A stretch of DNA of 64,000 nucleotides, from the NCBI RefSeq assembly GCF_009914755.1, contig NC_060939.1. One strand, 5' to 3'. Below the pieces are notes generated by a model, which was not told the DNA's origin, ran no database searches, and saw nothing but the letters and a program-made list of their open reading frames with translations. The stretch comes from the human T2T-CHM13v2.0 reference genome, Homo sapiens. Shown piece by piece: positions 13,453 through 26,590 of this stretch. Made by a program: the position numbers and the translations under genes. The number at the start of each line of letters is the position of its first letter. Within the stretch, counting starts at the first letter, position 1.

Positions 13453-13678
13453 ATTTGCTTTTAAGATCTTTACCTCCCAATGGTCACATTTTGGCTTTTT
13501 ACCTCAATTTTATTTATCTGGATTGAGAGTGAGTTTCATGTTTCAAAATGTTGGCTTTGGGGGAAATGTTGATAGAATCGTTTTATTCAGAGACAATGAC
13601 CCATGTATAAGAAACGTCTGTTTAATCACTAGTTCGGTCATTGACTCAATTTGGGAAAAATAAGCCTCTTGGGGCCTC
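13453..13678 (+). repeat. Copy 2 (probable donor) of the 226 bp duplication
   Basis: Collinear with 11864-12089. Confidence 0.95.
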
Positions 13679-14479
13679 AGGTCCTTCTTTTGCCATTACT
13701 ATTTTTTTAAAGATGGCCTTAAATGTCTCAGTGAAAATGCATCACAGAAATGTGAAGTATGGCTTTGAATTTTCATTGGCATCTGTTTAATTCCTGAGTG
13801 GTCTAGAAGGTGCTGGGCATGGTTAAACATATCCACAATTGAAACAGAAGATTGTAGTTCTTTTTTAGAGGTATGATATTAATTTTTTAAAAAATAATGT
13901 TTTAGTGTCAAATACTTGCTATGTATATAGTGGGTTCCGATTTAAATTTGCAACTGACATGACTATTGGGTTATCATCAGAAGTGTCAAAAATATTCTCT
14001 TGGTTAAAAAAAATTCATAAAGTATAATTGTTCCTCTGGTTTGCAAAATAAACTGCGGAGAGAAAAAGTAGTTGGTGTAACCACAGGGCTCTATTGCAAG
14101 TGAAAAGAAAATAATCTATCTGTGGCTCAATTTTGAAAATGAACAATCTCATAAATAAATCAAATTTTAAAGATGAATACTTCCCCCACTGCCATTTAAA
14201 TTTGAAATAAGGTGTCCTATATGTAAGAATTCTTTTGGCTCCAATTTCTTTGTTTTCCCCTGTAAAATCTAAATGCTGTTGAAAAATTATATGGCAATAC
14301 AAATTATACACTAAGAAAGACAACAGTGGACTTGGCTCAGAAATCAGACTTCTGGGACCATAATTTAAAGAAATAACTGAAGAAACAAGATTCATGGAAA
14401 TAAACATATTCATTTTCACATTATTATATGAAAAAATTGAAGACAATTTATAAGTCACCTAAAAATAATAAAATTTATA

Positions 14480-14720
14480 AGTAAAATATGGGACAAAAAA
14501 CTCAACAAACAGCCTACAGCCATAACGTGTAACAACATGGAAAATCTTTGGTGTGCAAAGTTCACCAAAAAAGCAGAATACAAAATTGTGCTCACTGTGA
14601 CTATGTAAAACTATGATCAGAGCTTATAAAAGAACATGTAAAACTGAAACTACTGTGTTATATTGATGGAATTGGAAGTAATATATTTAAAAAGAAAACC
14701 CTATATTATTGCTATAAATT
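14480..14720 (+). mobile_element. Degenerate L1ME-type 3' end
   Basis: aacaacatggaaaatctt...aaaaagcagaatacaaaattgtg. Confidence 0.5.
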
Positions 14721-15039
14721 TTAGCCTTATAATTTGACACAGAAGGCTGAATCTAGAAGAAAAGATTTTGTGATTCTCTGAAAGGGCTCTGTGAAGTTGG
14801 AAGATAAATAAATAAATATTTATTTCTGTTTTAGTTGGTCACCAGCAACAGAACCCCACTCAGCTCAGCTTCAGTGAAATAGAATTTATTGTAAAGATAC
14901 CATATGAATTCCGCAAGAGAAGCTTACTGCATGCAGCACGGGGTTGGGGCTACAGCTGGAGAGGCAGACACTGGCCCATCATGATCTCACCAGCCCCAAC
15001 ACCAAATGAACAAACTATCACAATTTTAACTAAAGACCA

Positions 15040-15615
15040 GGTCCAACTCGGCCCTTGTAGGACCCTGAGAGTGAGAGCCTCACTCTCCTAACCCTAATCA
15101 TGGCCCATGGATTCTGTATTTAAAATTTTGACATTTTGTTCATCATGGATTTTTTGCATTAATATTTATTTATTCATTTATTTCTTTATTTATTGAGACA
15201 GAGCCTTGCTCTGTCGCCAGGCTGGAGTGCAGTGGCGCGATCTGGCTCACTGCAACCTCCACCTCCCGGGTTCAAGTGATTCTCCTGATTCAAGCAATTC
15301 TCCTGCCTCAGCCTCCCAAGTAGCTGGGACTACAGGAGTGTGCCACCACTCCCAGCTAATTTTTGTATTTTTAGTAGAGATGAGGTTTCATTTCACCATG
15401 TTGGCCAGGATGGTCTTGATTTCTTGACCTCGTGATCTGCCCACCTCAGCCTCCCAAAGTGCTGGGATTACAGGCATGAGCCACCATGCCCGGCCTAATT
15501 TTTATTTCTTTAAATACCATAATAAAATATTATTTACCTCAATCATTGAGGTGTTCATTTCTACTCCCTCTTAACTTTTGTGCCTCACTCACCTCCCTGT
15601 CATTCCTGCCTTGCC
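15040..15615 (-). mobile_element. MER96B-like hAT element, split by an Alu
   Basis: tttaaaattttgacattttgttcatcatggattttttgcattaat ... aaaatattatttacctcaatcattgag ... ttttgtgcctcactcacctc. Confidence 0.7.
15163..15496 (-). mobile_element. AluSc-like with internal 17 bp tandem duplication
   Basis: ctgtcgccaggctgg (Sc-type 1 bp deletion); (TTTA)n tail. Confidence 0.93.
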
Positions 15616-17814
15616 TACAATGGTGGCTGAAATTGCTCCATCCCTTGGTCAGGGTACTGTTTCCCAATAGACTCTGTTGAAGTCTTAGCCTCTTACCTGG
15701 TAACCACAGGCGAACCCATTGGTAGGCATTCTCATGCCAGAGTGGTCGAGGTCATCAGATGAGCTGAGAGTGAGAAACAGGGCATAACGCTTTTGATAAG
15801 GGAGAGGACAGAGGTAGTAAAAGCTCTGGGCCCTGGAGGGAAAGAATGGGCCCGGGCATATGTACACCACTTTTACAGCCTTTGGAAGGAAAAGTCAAGT
15901 CCCTGCTCTCCTTCTGCCTTCCTTTGTACCAGCTCCCTGTTAGGGTGAAAACAATTTATCAGCAATAGGCATGCCTTTGATAGAGATGGATTGTCCCTGG
16001 AAGCACTAGTCCACCACGGAGACCATTGGTGGTGCATTGTAGCATTGCCTTGACTGCACCATTGGCCATGTTGTCACTGTGTTACAGCTCTTTGCTCCCA
16101 GAGCTCAGACAAGCCCTGCTTCCTGACTTAACTCTCACTCACAATCCCCACATGAGTCACAGATGCCCTGATGCACGTTGTCAAGGCATGTGCATGTCAG
16201 GAGGAAAGATGATGGATGATGCTGACTTGATTTTATTCAAAATATGCTGCCCACTAAAGATAAATGTCACTTGTGCCTCAAGCCATCTGAAGTGCATTTG
16301 TTTTCCTGTTAATGGAAGTATATTTGTCATTCTCTCCCCTTTTCCCTCTGCCCTTTCAAGTCTGCTCCTCCATGCTTCTCCACGGGCACCTCTCCTCACC
16401 CCCAACCCCCACCCTAACCCCAATATTTCTTTCTAAAATATGGCTGAGCAGCTAAGGGAGTTTTCATCTTTAGAATGCTCTTGTCACAAATAGACATGAA
16501 GAAGAATCTCTGTAATTGAGAAGCCCAACTTTTCCCTGCAACATGAACCACTCCACACTGACCCCAGGGAGATTCATTCGCCTTTTCTCTGTGCACATTT
16601 CTGAGTCTTCCTCCTCCTGGGTTATTGGGTTAATCACATCTCTGTCTTTCTCTAGAAAGGAACTGAGGCTGCTCTTACATTTCTCGTACCACCTGATGGC
16701 AGATGGGAACACTAAGTCACTGATAGGTCGGTCCTTCCTAGCACGAGATGCCAAGAAAAGAAAGCACCTGTGTTTAATTACCAAGCCCATGGAGAGTTTT
16801 GAGAGTGCCCAATCTCAGTGCCATCTTCAGGCAGTCTCCTTTATTTGGTGGTTTGATTAACATATCTGTCAAATACATTTTTTAAACCAGTCATCGCAGT
16901 CCTGGATGCTCTTGGCTATTCTTTTGAAGCATTAAACTCTGCAGCCAAGACAATAGCATTCACCTCCCAATTTTCATTCTATATTTCATCTGCAAATAAT
17001 TTGCCTTTGAAGAAGGTCACTGAGGAGTTCAAAATTTCTGATTCATCTGTTATTCGCAGACTTTGGAGAGCCGCGATAGAATGATTCTACAAATCCTCCC
17101 AAACCCTCCCTCCTACACATGCACAACTGAACACAGTGCCTAGTTTACAAGATAATTCCAGAATTTGTAAAAGAACTAGAAAAACAAAAACAAAGACTAC
17201 AACTACAGAGGTTTCCAACCTTAATTTGTCTCCTTCGTAATGGGGTAAAATCAGACACGTTGAAATGTTAAAGAAAGGATATATCACTGTATCTAGTGAT
17301 TTTTCTGGGTTTAAGCCCACTATGTTATACTTAAGTATACAATGACTGCGTTTCTTTCCTGGTAGAAACTCTATAAACATATTTCTCTTGAACAAACGCT
17401 AGAGGTGATAGCATGTTGGCTAAGTGACACATCAGGCCCACCCATAAGAAATAATGGCAGGAGTTGAAACAAATGTCCCTCCCAAATGCCTCCTCCCTGC
17501 CTCATTTCCATCTACCTTTACGCAGCCTCCAAGACTAGAAGACTGACCTTCTAAGCACTTCCAGCACTATTCCGGGAAATGTTGCATGCTTAGAATATAA
17601 CATGGTTTCATTCAATGCAGCAACCTTATTTTCACTGCCCCTAGCTACACAAGCTTCTAATATCCCAAATTAAGCTCAGAACAAACTCATGAACGTTTTG
17701 TCTTTGTTGTTGCTGTTTCTTCAGATGGTACTCCATAAACCAGAAGTAAAATGTATGTGTATATATAAGCCAAGTCACACATTTTACATAAATATAAATA
17801 TATATAGTGGAATC

Positions 17815-18020
17815 ACTTGAGTGTGGAGTCAGACAGATTCAAGCTTGAATGCTGGCTGTCCTGCTTATAGCCATGACCTTAGGTAATTCCCTTACTTTCT
17901 AAGCTTCAGTTTTCCCATAGCTAACCTTGAATTGACAATACATACCTTAGTGGCCTCTAGCGCATATAAATCACAAAGACTATTCTTGGAATATTTTAGG
18001 GGGTCAACAAATATTAATCT
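17815..18020 (+). mobile_element. MIR
   Basis: tggagtcagacagattc...catgaccttaggtaattcccttactttctaagcttcagttttcc. Confidence 0.8.
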
Positions 18021-18684
18021 GCTCCAGGTCATACACTTTTCCCTTCTTTTGCAAATCCTCTATTCTGAATAAGGATGGCCAAGTATGTGCCATACTGCAG
18101 CCATGATCTAGGTATAAAGGCAACTGCTCGGTGTTACTATTGCCAAGTGCATTGAACATGAATGATTACAGCTATCGTGGGGTCCCTGGAGCTTGACATG
18201 CCTTTTCCATTTGGGGGGATTGCCTAGCTTCCATGCTTACCGTAGAAGGGGACCTCAAGCATCATATAAGCTTGGCACAAAACAAACAGCAGAGATTTCA
18301 ATGACTTCACATCCCGAGGGAAAGACCAACCAACTTAAGGTAACCTGCTCAAGTACTTCCTACACAATTTAACATCTGACAGTTTGCAGTGTCTAGCCAG
18401 GCATGGTGCTGTGTTTTATTACCGGCCATTGAAAATAATTAGTTGGTGACCCAGAAAACTGATATATAAAATCCTTTTAATCACCAATATGGCTTTCAAT
18501 TACACAGCGTAAACTTATTAACCTTTTTACTGCTGAGATTTGATTTATGGAATTTATCTACATTACCATTAGGAGCAGAGATAAAAAGCATATTATCTGA
18601 GGTGTTGGCATTAACAATAACGAGCTGCTTTTTCCCATCGTGGAGACTTAAGTAGCAGTAGCAGCCTCCTGCTAAGTCTCTAAG

Positions 18685-19040
18685 GATTCATTTGTTTGCT
18701 GCATCCATTCATGGTTAGCTGGGGACCTACTGTGTGTCTATGGAACTTTGTCACTTAAAAGGGTGAAGTCCAAATACCTTTGCATGGCTCCAACCCAATT
18801 GGACCCCATCCAAATTTTTTAGCTCCCTCTCCTAAAAATTCAGCTGAGAGTTGAATCAAATAATCATACAAGTTCACAATCATAAGCTATACCAAGAGCA
18901 ATAAAGGGAGAGTAGAAATTCAGTGAGCATGGCTACAGGGGTGCTGATGTGTATAAGGATAAGAGCCACTAGAGCAGCTTCCCTGAGAACGTGACATTTG
19001 AGATCCAAGCTTCAAAATTTGTTGGAATTAACCACACATT
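18685..19040 (-). mobile_element. L2 fragments
   Basis: attcatttgttt...acctactgtgtg; gcttccctgagaacgtgacatttgag. Confidence 0.5.
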
Positions 19041-20144
19041 TTGTGTGTGGAATTAGAGAGATTTGGGGGACATTTTATTAGTTGGTTGGTTTCCTAATCT
19101 ACTTTGCAAAAAAAAAAAAAAAAACCTTAAAGTGGCTTGCAGAATTATGTAAAACACACAATTGCATTCATTAGAAATAAGGGAGAAACAAAAATTCATT
19201 GGTGGGAGCATAAGATGTGGTCAACCCAAAACCCATGCCTTAGCGTCTCATACCTTTGCTCTACGTAAACCATCAGTCTCAGAGACCCATGGCAAGGGAA
19301 ATCTGATCAATGACTCAATTTCCAGTGCTCACAAAATTAAAAACAATCTATATCGGAATATAGTGAGTATGGAAGTGTGAGTTACCAGGAACCTGAGGAG
19401 GCAGCTAGATCAGAGGTTTTCTAGACTTGCCGTCACACATCTAACAGGGTATCAGGGGATCTGGGCCAGGACGAGGAGGCTCAAGATTTCCAGCCTAGGA
19501 TGGAAAGGGGGGCAGTGTGTAATTCAACAAGAAATTTTCTGCTTTCAGCTGTTCCACATATTAGAATTCTCCATTCTCTTTATTTGGAAGAAAGACTTAC
19601 AATGCCAATCTATATAGGTTTGAAAGTCTTGAATTCAACTCAATCCCTTCATTTTGCAGATAAGAGAAGGCAAGAAGCATCGGTGGGGCCACCAGCTGGT
19701 TAATGTCAGCACTGGGACAGGCCTTCCTGCATAACCTCCCAGAATTTCAGCATGGGCAGCATGAGGAGGGTGAGCCATACAGAGCTCTCAACCTCAGCTC
19801 TGATAGCCACATGCTCTAACCACAGGGTTAACTAGTCACAATTGCATGTCTAGTTTGCTTCCATGCAAACAAATGCACTCTGTGCAATTTGCTCGTTTTA
19901 CTGCACAGAATCATTGTGTGTCTCATTTTCAAACAGATATTCTCCTTAAACATCAGCTCCCCATCGTCCCTGGGCTTCAGGAGGGAAAAAAAAAAAGCTA
20001 TCTCTTAACTTCTTAGGTTATCTTAACAAGTCTCTCCTGCTTGTGATAAAGAAATGCGGGAAACTCTCATCAGTCTGGGAATTTAAAGTTTGCTTCGTCT
20101 ACTTGTAGGAAATTCCATGTCTACTAACCACGCACAAGTCATCT

Positions 20145-20395
20145 GGTGCTATGGCTAAAAGCAGACTTTGAAGCCTGAAGCCATGTTCATATGAATTCAA
20201 ACCCCAACTCCACCTCTTTCTAGCTATATGACCTCATACAAATTCCTAAACCCCTGATATCCAACTTACCCAACTACAATACAAATGATAATCAAACCTA
20301 CTGTGTTTCATGAGGTTCCAATGAGATCATGAATGCATTCACCTTAATAGGGTGTTTAGTATAGAGTAAGCACTCAACAAATTTTGCTATCACTG
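20145..20395 (+). mobile_element. MIR, near full length
   Basis: gcagactttgaagcc...ttcaaaccccaactccacc...ctagctatatgacctc...agtaagcactcaacaaat. Confidence 0.85.
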
Positions 20396-21499
20396 TTACT
20401 ATGCAAATAATTCTACGGCCATTAAAATGACACCAGTAGAGATGATTCAAGTGATTTTAAAAGATATTTTGCGAAACAAGAGCAATAAAAAAAATCAATG
20501 GCACCACATAATCCAGTCAGTGTCTTACTCCACACACAAATCATCATTTGTTCAGCTGGGAAAATTATGAACTGTCTGGAAATAATACAGTAAAGACCGT
20601 CAATGACAATTAGAGCCTAAAGAGTCTAATATAGACTCGGCGATGAATCTGGGATCTTCTATTGTACTAAAAGCCATTTATTACAAAAAAATTCTGGAAC
20701 CACTTTACCATAAGGGGACATCATTTAGTGCTCAATTACAATGCAATTCCACTGGAAGTATATACTAAATGCAGAACATCTACATTAACACCAGGAGAAT
20801 TTGGTAAGATTGATGTTATTGCAATGAATACCAGATGAATATTAAGTACCTCACTTAAACCTTCTTGGGCCCAGGCACCACCGTTCTTTTGTTCCTGTCA
20901 TCTCTATTTCAGAGGATTTTTTATGGAGGCAGGAGTTAGGCACAAAGTCCATTTTTATTTACTTGTAATCTAGCTTGGAGCTAGATGGCTCTCAAACATT
21001 GATTAATCGAGACATATTGTATAATAATATTAAAATCACAGACATCCACCACCACCACCAAAAGCAATTCATTTTCCAAAGGGCGCTAGGTCTATGTAAC
21101 GGGAAAATTTGTAAAAGTGGGTAATTTCAGACGAAGCACTGAAAGGACGTTTTAATGGTCCCAGCATGGATTGAACTTAGTGGAGCAAAGAAATCTCAAC
21201 TGAAGAATTAGGACCTGCCCCGTTCAAACCCTGGGATGTTAATGACTCAGGCGTGGGCTATGAGGTTTTCGTTAACATCCTGTTTCAACACAATGTTCCT
21301 TGAGCTGGGAATGAACTTCTCCTGGGGTCATTTTTTATGCTAATCAAAAAATCAAGCTCTGGCTACACAGGAATATGAGCAAATGTGAGGCCAAATTCCC
21401 ATTATAAAATTTGGGGTCATAAAAAGTAAGTGAAAGCTATGGTTTTCTCACTATTTTTCATGCTACATTCCCAGGCAAGGAGGCAGGGATGCATTACCC

Positions 21500-21680
21500 A
21501 GAGTCCGGGGTAGTGGGCTCCTTGCCTTCCTATCAGATGACCTTTGTTCAGGTCACAGCTCAACCACTTACTAACAGCAAAAACCCTCAGACCTTCAGTT
21601 TCCTCTTCAGCAAAATGGCAATAATAAGCTCATTGTGTTGCCCTGTGGATGAAATGAGATGCCACATGTCAAAGCTCCTA
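21500..21680 (+). mobile_element. MIR
   Basis: cttcagtttcctcttcagcaaaatggcaataata...gtggatgaaatgagatg. Confidence 0.7.
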
Positions 21681-22119
21681 GGATGAGTGTTCTCCTCGAA
21701 GGGGATCCGATCAGGTTTCCCAGGCCTTGCTCCTCTTCTGCCTTGGATTGAAGCACTTGCTTCATAGAAACCACTGCTGCCCCAACATAAGCACAGATGT
21801 TGCTCCAGGCCCGTCCACCACCTTGGGCCAGAATCCTTGTCTCTAGTCCAAAAGAGTCAGATCCCCCCCATGCAGTTGCAACATGGCCCACTTCTAGTTG
21901 TCCACTAGGGTGTTGACCCAGCATGTCCCCAGCAGGCCAGTCCCTGCCTTAACTTTCACCACATAGACCCAAACAGGGTCTCAAGACCCAAGACCCCCAT
22001 TGGATGGGGATGGACAAACGGCAAAGTTGGAAGAAATGCTAAAGAAAGTCCATGCATGGGCAATAAGACTGTGTACCCTCTGGGGAAAAAAAAATGGTGA
22101 GTAGGTTAGTTTAAACCGA

Positions 22120-22430
22120 AAATTGCAAACTGGCAAGCCGAGGGCCAACTGTAGCTTTCACCCCTACAGTGGTTTGCCCCATTTGCAAATAGGGAAATTT
22201 CACATTTTAAAAATCTGGATTTGGGCCTCATCCTGTAAAACTAGAAGTTCTAGTTCCTGCACACCAACAATCTCCTGGAGCCCAGGTGACGCTGCCCTTT
22301 GGATGCGGCCTGAGCTCTCCTATTCCCTGCTGTCCTGACATGCCTGACTGCCTGTGCCTTCTGGCCCACATCATTCCCTTGGATGATTTACAATATCCAT
22401 CTGGCCCTGAAAGCTCTGGGATTGTAACCA
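22120..22430 (+). mobile_element. MER102-like hAT-Charlie element
   Basis: ttgcaaactggcaagccgagggcc...gggaaatttcacattttaaaaatctggattt...aaaactagaagttct. Confidence 0.65.
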
Positions 22431-22532
22431 GTTATTTAATCACACAAAGTTATATTTGACCTTGGCTTGTACTTTCATTCAAGAAATACTCACTCATCTG
22501 GCAAAAGGGTTAAATTGGTATCCTAGCTTGAA

Positions 22533-23043
<511 letters not shown>

Positions 23044-24159
23044 GAATAGAAGGAAACTAAAGCACGCAAAGCTCCCAGCATGCCCTTCCAAGGACACGTG
23101 TCACTTGGGCCAGATCTACCCCTGAACTCTCCAGCCTGTCCCTGAGGTCTCAGATGCTGGCCCAATAATTTCACTGTGCCTCTGTCCAAATCTCATTATT
23201 ATAGATACAAACTCAGTTACTTCACAAATACTAATCCCTGCATAATCCTCCTAGTGCAATGAAGCAAAATGAAGCCACATCCACAGAAATGTGACAAGGG
23301 AATACCAACGGTGCTAAAAAATGAAATATGTGTCAAGTCCCCAAAGAAGTTCATTACCTGAAGGACACATTATCCCCTTCTCTTCCCATGAGTCAGCACA
23401 GTCAGTAGTCATTCCTAATTGGTTCACAGCTTAGTATGACATATTAGGATGCCACGGGATGTGATGACACAGCTGTATTCCTGAGGGGATGGCTGAGATG
23501 AATCTGTGTACAGCGGAGACAGGTGGAGACAAAGGGAGCAGGTGGAAATGGGTTGTAAATATACTATAACTTAAAAAATAATGGGGTGTTTTTTTCTCTA
23601 CAGCTTTCTGATGTTTCATCACTAATTAAATATTGAAACCACAAAAGGAGAAATAAAGTTTTGTGGCTGTTTAGATTTGGGGCATAAATGTAAATATTTC
23701 GTACCATTAACATGCCTGGTCTCAGAGCATTGAGTTGTAGGCTTATGAGCTGAGAAGGAGGTGGATTAAAGAACATATTAGCAGCTAATGGTGACATCTA
23801 TTTCTCTTTAGGCCATTAGGAGTTCTGGGGTTGTGCATTCCAGGAAAAGTATTTTTCAAGTTAGAAAATTGATAAGTCTTTTAAACAAAATACAATAGTA
23901 GATTCTGTGTTATTAGGATTTTAGTCAAAATCACATTGTGCAGAGCAGAAAGGCTATTGTCAAATGCAGAAAATCAATAGACAAATCTCTTGGAATTCTT
24001 GGGTGATTCATACCAGAGAGCAGTATTTGAATAATTTATGGTCTCATCCTCCAAGCTTGCAATGGTGAGGCACTTGGAACCCTCAGACATGGATTCTGCA
24101 TCTTGGCTTTCATGTAAGATGATCTATAACGGTGGAAAGAAGCAAGAAGCCTCTGGAAC

Positions 24160-24610
24160 CATATAGTCATAGGCACTTAGAGTTGGGTGGGCCCTCAAAG
24201 TTCGACTTAGCCAACTTCCCCCATTATCAGCAGTGCCCAGCCTCTCCACTTATCTCCCTCATCCTGTATCTCAGGGTCAGGTGGTGGCAGACACCATAAA
24301 ACAATTCCTACTAGGAGTTCATTGTTACCCAAAACTCCACCTCCCTACCATTTTTCTCGGTGTTCTATTCTGCTTGAAGGATAACACAAGGAAGTGTCTT
24401 CCTCTTCCGCTCCATGTGACACTCTGGTGGCTGGACCTGGAGTCTTTCAACCCACCTTCCTGGTTCAGTTTTCCCATTCACAGCCAAGGAACCACAACTT
24501 CCTCATCTGTGAAATGCCTTCCATGATGCCCTCCTGAGGTTCTGGTGCAGAGCAACATCCAAGTAGGATAACCTATGTGAATATTTTGTCAAACAGAGGA
24601 TAGTGTTGGC
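24160..24610 (-). mobile_element. L3/CR1 LINE 3' fragment
   Basis: catatagtcataggcacttagagttgggtgggccctcaaag...ccaac and cccaaaactccacctccctacc...tcttccgctccatgtgaca resemble the CR1/L3 reverse strand. Confidence 0.6.
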
Positions 24611-25774
24611 TAGTGGGCAGACCCTGTGCCTTGCAGCCAGATGTCTTTGAAGGTGAACACAGAGCCTCAATGTGTGATCTGCAGGAGACAACTTGAAATA
24701 AGGACAGAGCAGTTCCCATGAGGGCTTTTGTGAGAACTAAGGAAGATAACACACAAAATCCCTGGTATGCATTAGTGCTTAACGAGCATGGGTCCTTCCC
24801 TTTGCCAAGCATTATTACTAAATAAATAAAGTGAGTCTCGCTGAATAGGCTGCTCTGCGAACAAGGCTGTGAAAATCACAGCATCCTCTGGCACCTGTGG
24901 CTGGCATTTGTGCCCCTGGTCCCAGCCTCCCCTCTCTAGGCTCAGCTCCCAGGGAGACACCAACAGCAAAGAACCACATGGGCAGGAGGTGTCGAGGATA
25001 CACCAGACCCCTCCCTCTCTCTTCTTCGAGGAAGACAACACAGACTTGGTGCTGGAAGATACTGCTGAGAGGAATGAAGGGCAAAGGGAGCCATTTGGGG
25101 TCCTTTGGAGAGTAGTGGCATTTGGACTACCAAGACTCTTGGAGCTGGGCTATTTTCTGGATAGGAAGAGCTTTGTCCTTGAAAGCGTCAAAAAAACAAA
25201 AAAGTCAGAGCAGAACATAAAGAAAAAGAATCTGAGTGATTGTCACTGATGCCCCAACTCCAGCTTAAATGAAAGACTGACAGAAAACCTTGGAACTTTG
25301 TCTTATGCTTTCCAGACCAGGGCTGTAGAGGAGGAAAGGACTAGGTACTGGAGCCCCATTCAGGAAAAGCATGTGAGTGGTGTCACTTCCCTAGAGCAAG
25401 ATAAGCAGGGCATTAGGGTGGAAATCCCTGGAGTGGGTGGGGAGCAAGAATCTTTGCCATTGCACAGAATTGCTGAGCCATTGTGCTGACATTAGTACCT
25501 CTCAAGAGGAAGCGATCATCATGACATGCCCCAGATGACAGACACTTATCAATAGTGATTATTGTAATTGCTGTGAAGAAAGCTCAGGTCCTTTGGTCTG
25601 AACTTCACTGGGGTTGAAGGTAACAGAGAGTGGGTGATGCAATGTGCAGTCTGCCAAAATTGGACCCCATCTCAAATGAAGAAAGCCAAATGCAATGGTC
25701 AAGTGTATAGGGAAATATTAAAAGGCAAGATTAACACACCAAGATCAGGAGGCAGTGAAAAGAATGTGTATGGT

Positions 25775-25890
25775 TATTTCACTTTTCAGAGAGGTAAGAA
25801 ACTTGTCTCAGGTCACACAGCCCTAAACTGCAGAACCAGGACTTAGCGACAGGTGTGCCTGGCACCAGTGCCTATGTCCTTTTTACCACT
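25775..25890 (-). mobile_element. MIR fragment
   Basis: tcagagaggtaagaaacttgtctcaggtcacacagc...gcagaaccaggactt. Confidence 0.75.
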
Positions 25891-26300
25891 GCTTCCAAAA
25901 GTAGAGAGAAGTGGTGCCCCTCAATTGTCCACTGTCTGAAAACAAAACTCTTGCACACTTAATCTGCCCCTAACAATGGACTCAACACCCTCTCACCTTC
26001 CTTTTTAGCTTGGCATCACTGTTGGGAAAGAACAATCAAACATGGTAGAATGCACAGAACAAATACGTTGTGAAATTAACATTCCATCTGCAAACCATAC
26101 ACACCACTTGCATTAAACAGAGAGAGACAGTCCTTAGCTCAACTAAAGGGCAGGCATCAGAAAAAAATAGTTATTTTTATTTATATTAGGGTACATTAGC
26201 CATCCACCCTTACCTCTTTTAGAGGGTAACGTCCACTCTCTCCAAATACTGCTTTCAAATTGTTTGTTCACATTTAGACATGTTCACGGTAGTCATGCTC

Positions 26301-26337
26301 TTTTATAGACAGCATGTCTGACATGCTGTCTAAAAAA
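26301..26337. repeat. Near-perfect palindrome (18 bp arms, 1 nt spacer)
   Basis: ttttatagacagcatgtc-t-gacatgctgtctaaaaaa; 13 bp perfect core, one mismatch further out. Confidence 0.95.
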
Positions 26338-26464
26338 CATTCATAACATTACATAACATTCAGAATGTGGCTCTTCTCTGCATCTCATCATTGGTCCTTC
26401 CCAGTTCAGATTCCAGCTGCCTGCAGTTTGTGAGCACAAGAACATGGGGAGGTGGGGGCTGGAG

Positions 26465-26590
26465 TCCCTACATACAGATGGGCCTTGGGAACATCAGAGT
26501 AGTTGAGGAACTTGTCCAAGTCACACAGCTAGTAATTGCAGAGCCAGAATTTAGACCTCAACATTTGCATCACCAAGACCTGCTCTCTCC
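26465..26590 (-). mobile_element. MIR fragment
   Basis: tcagagtagttgaggaacttgtccaagtcacacagctagtaattgcagagccagaattt. Confidence 0.8.
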
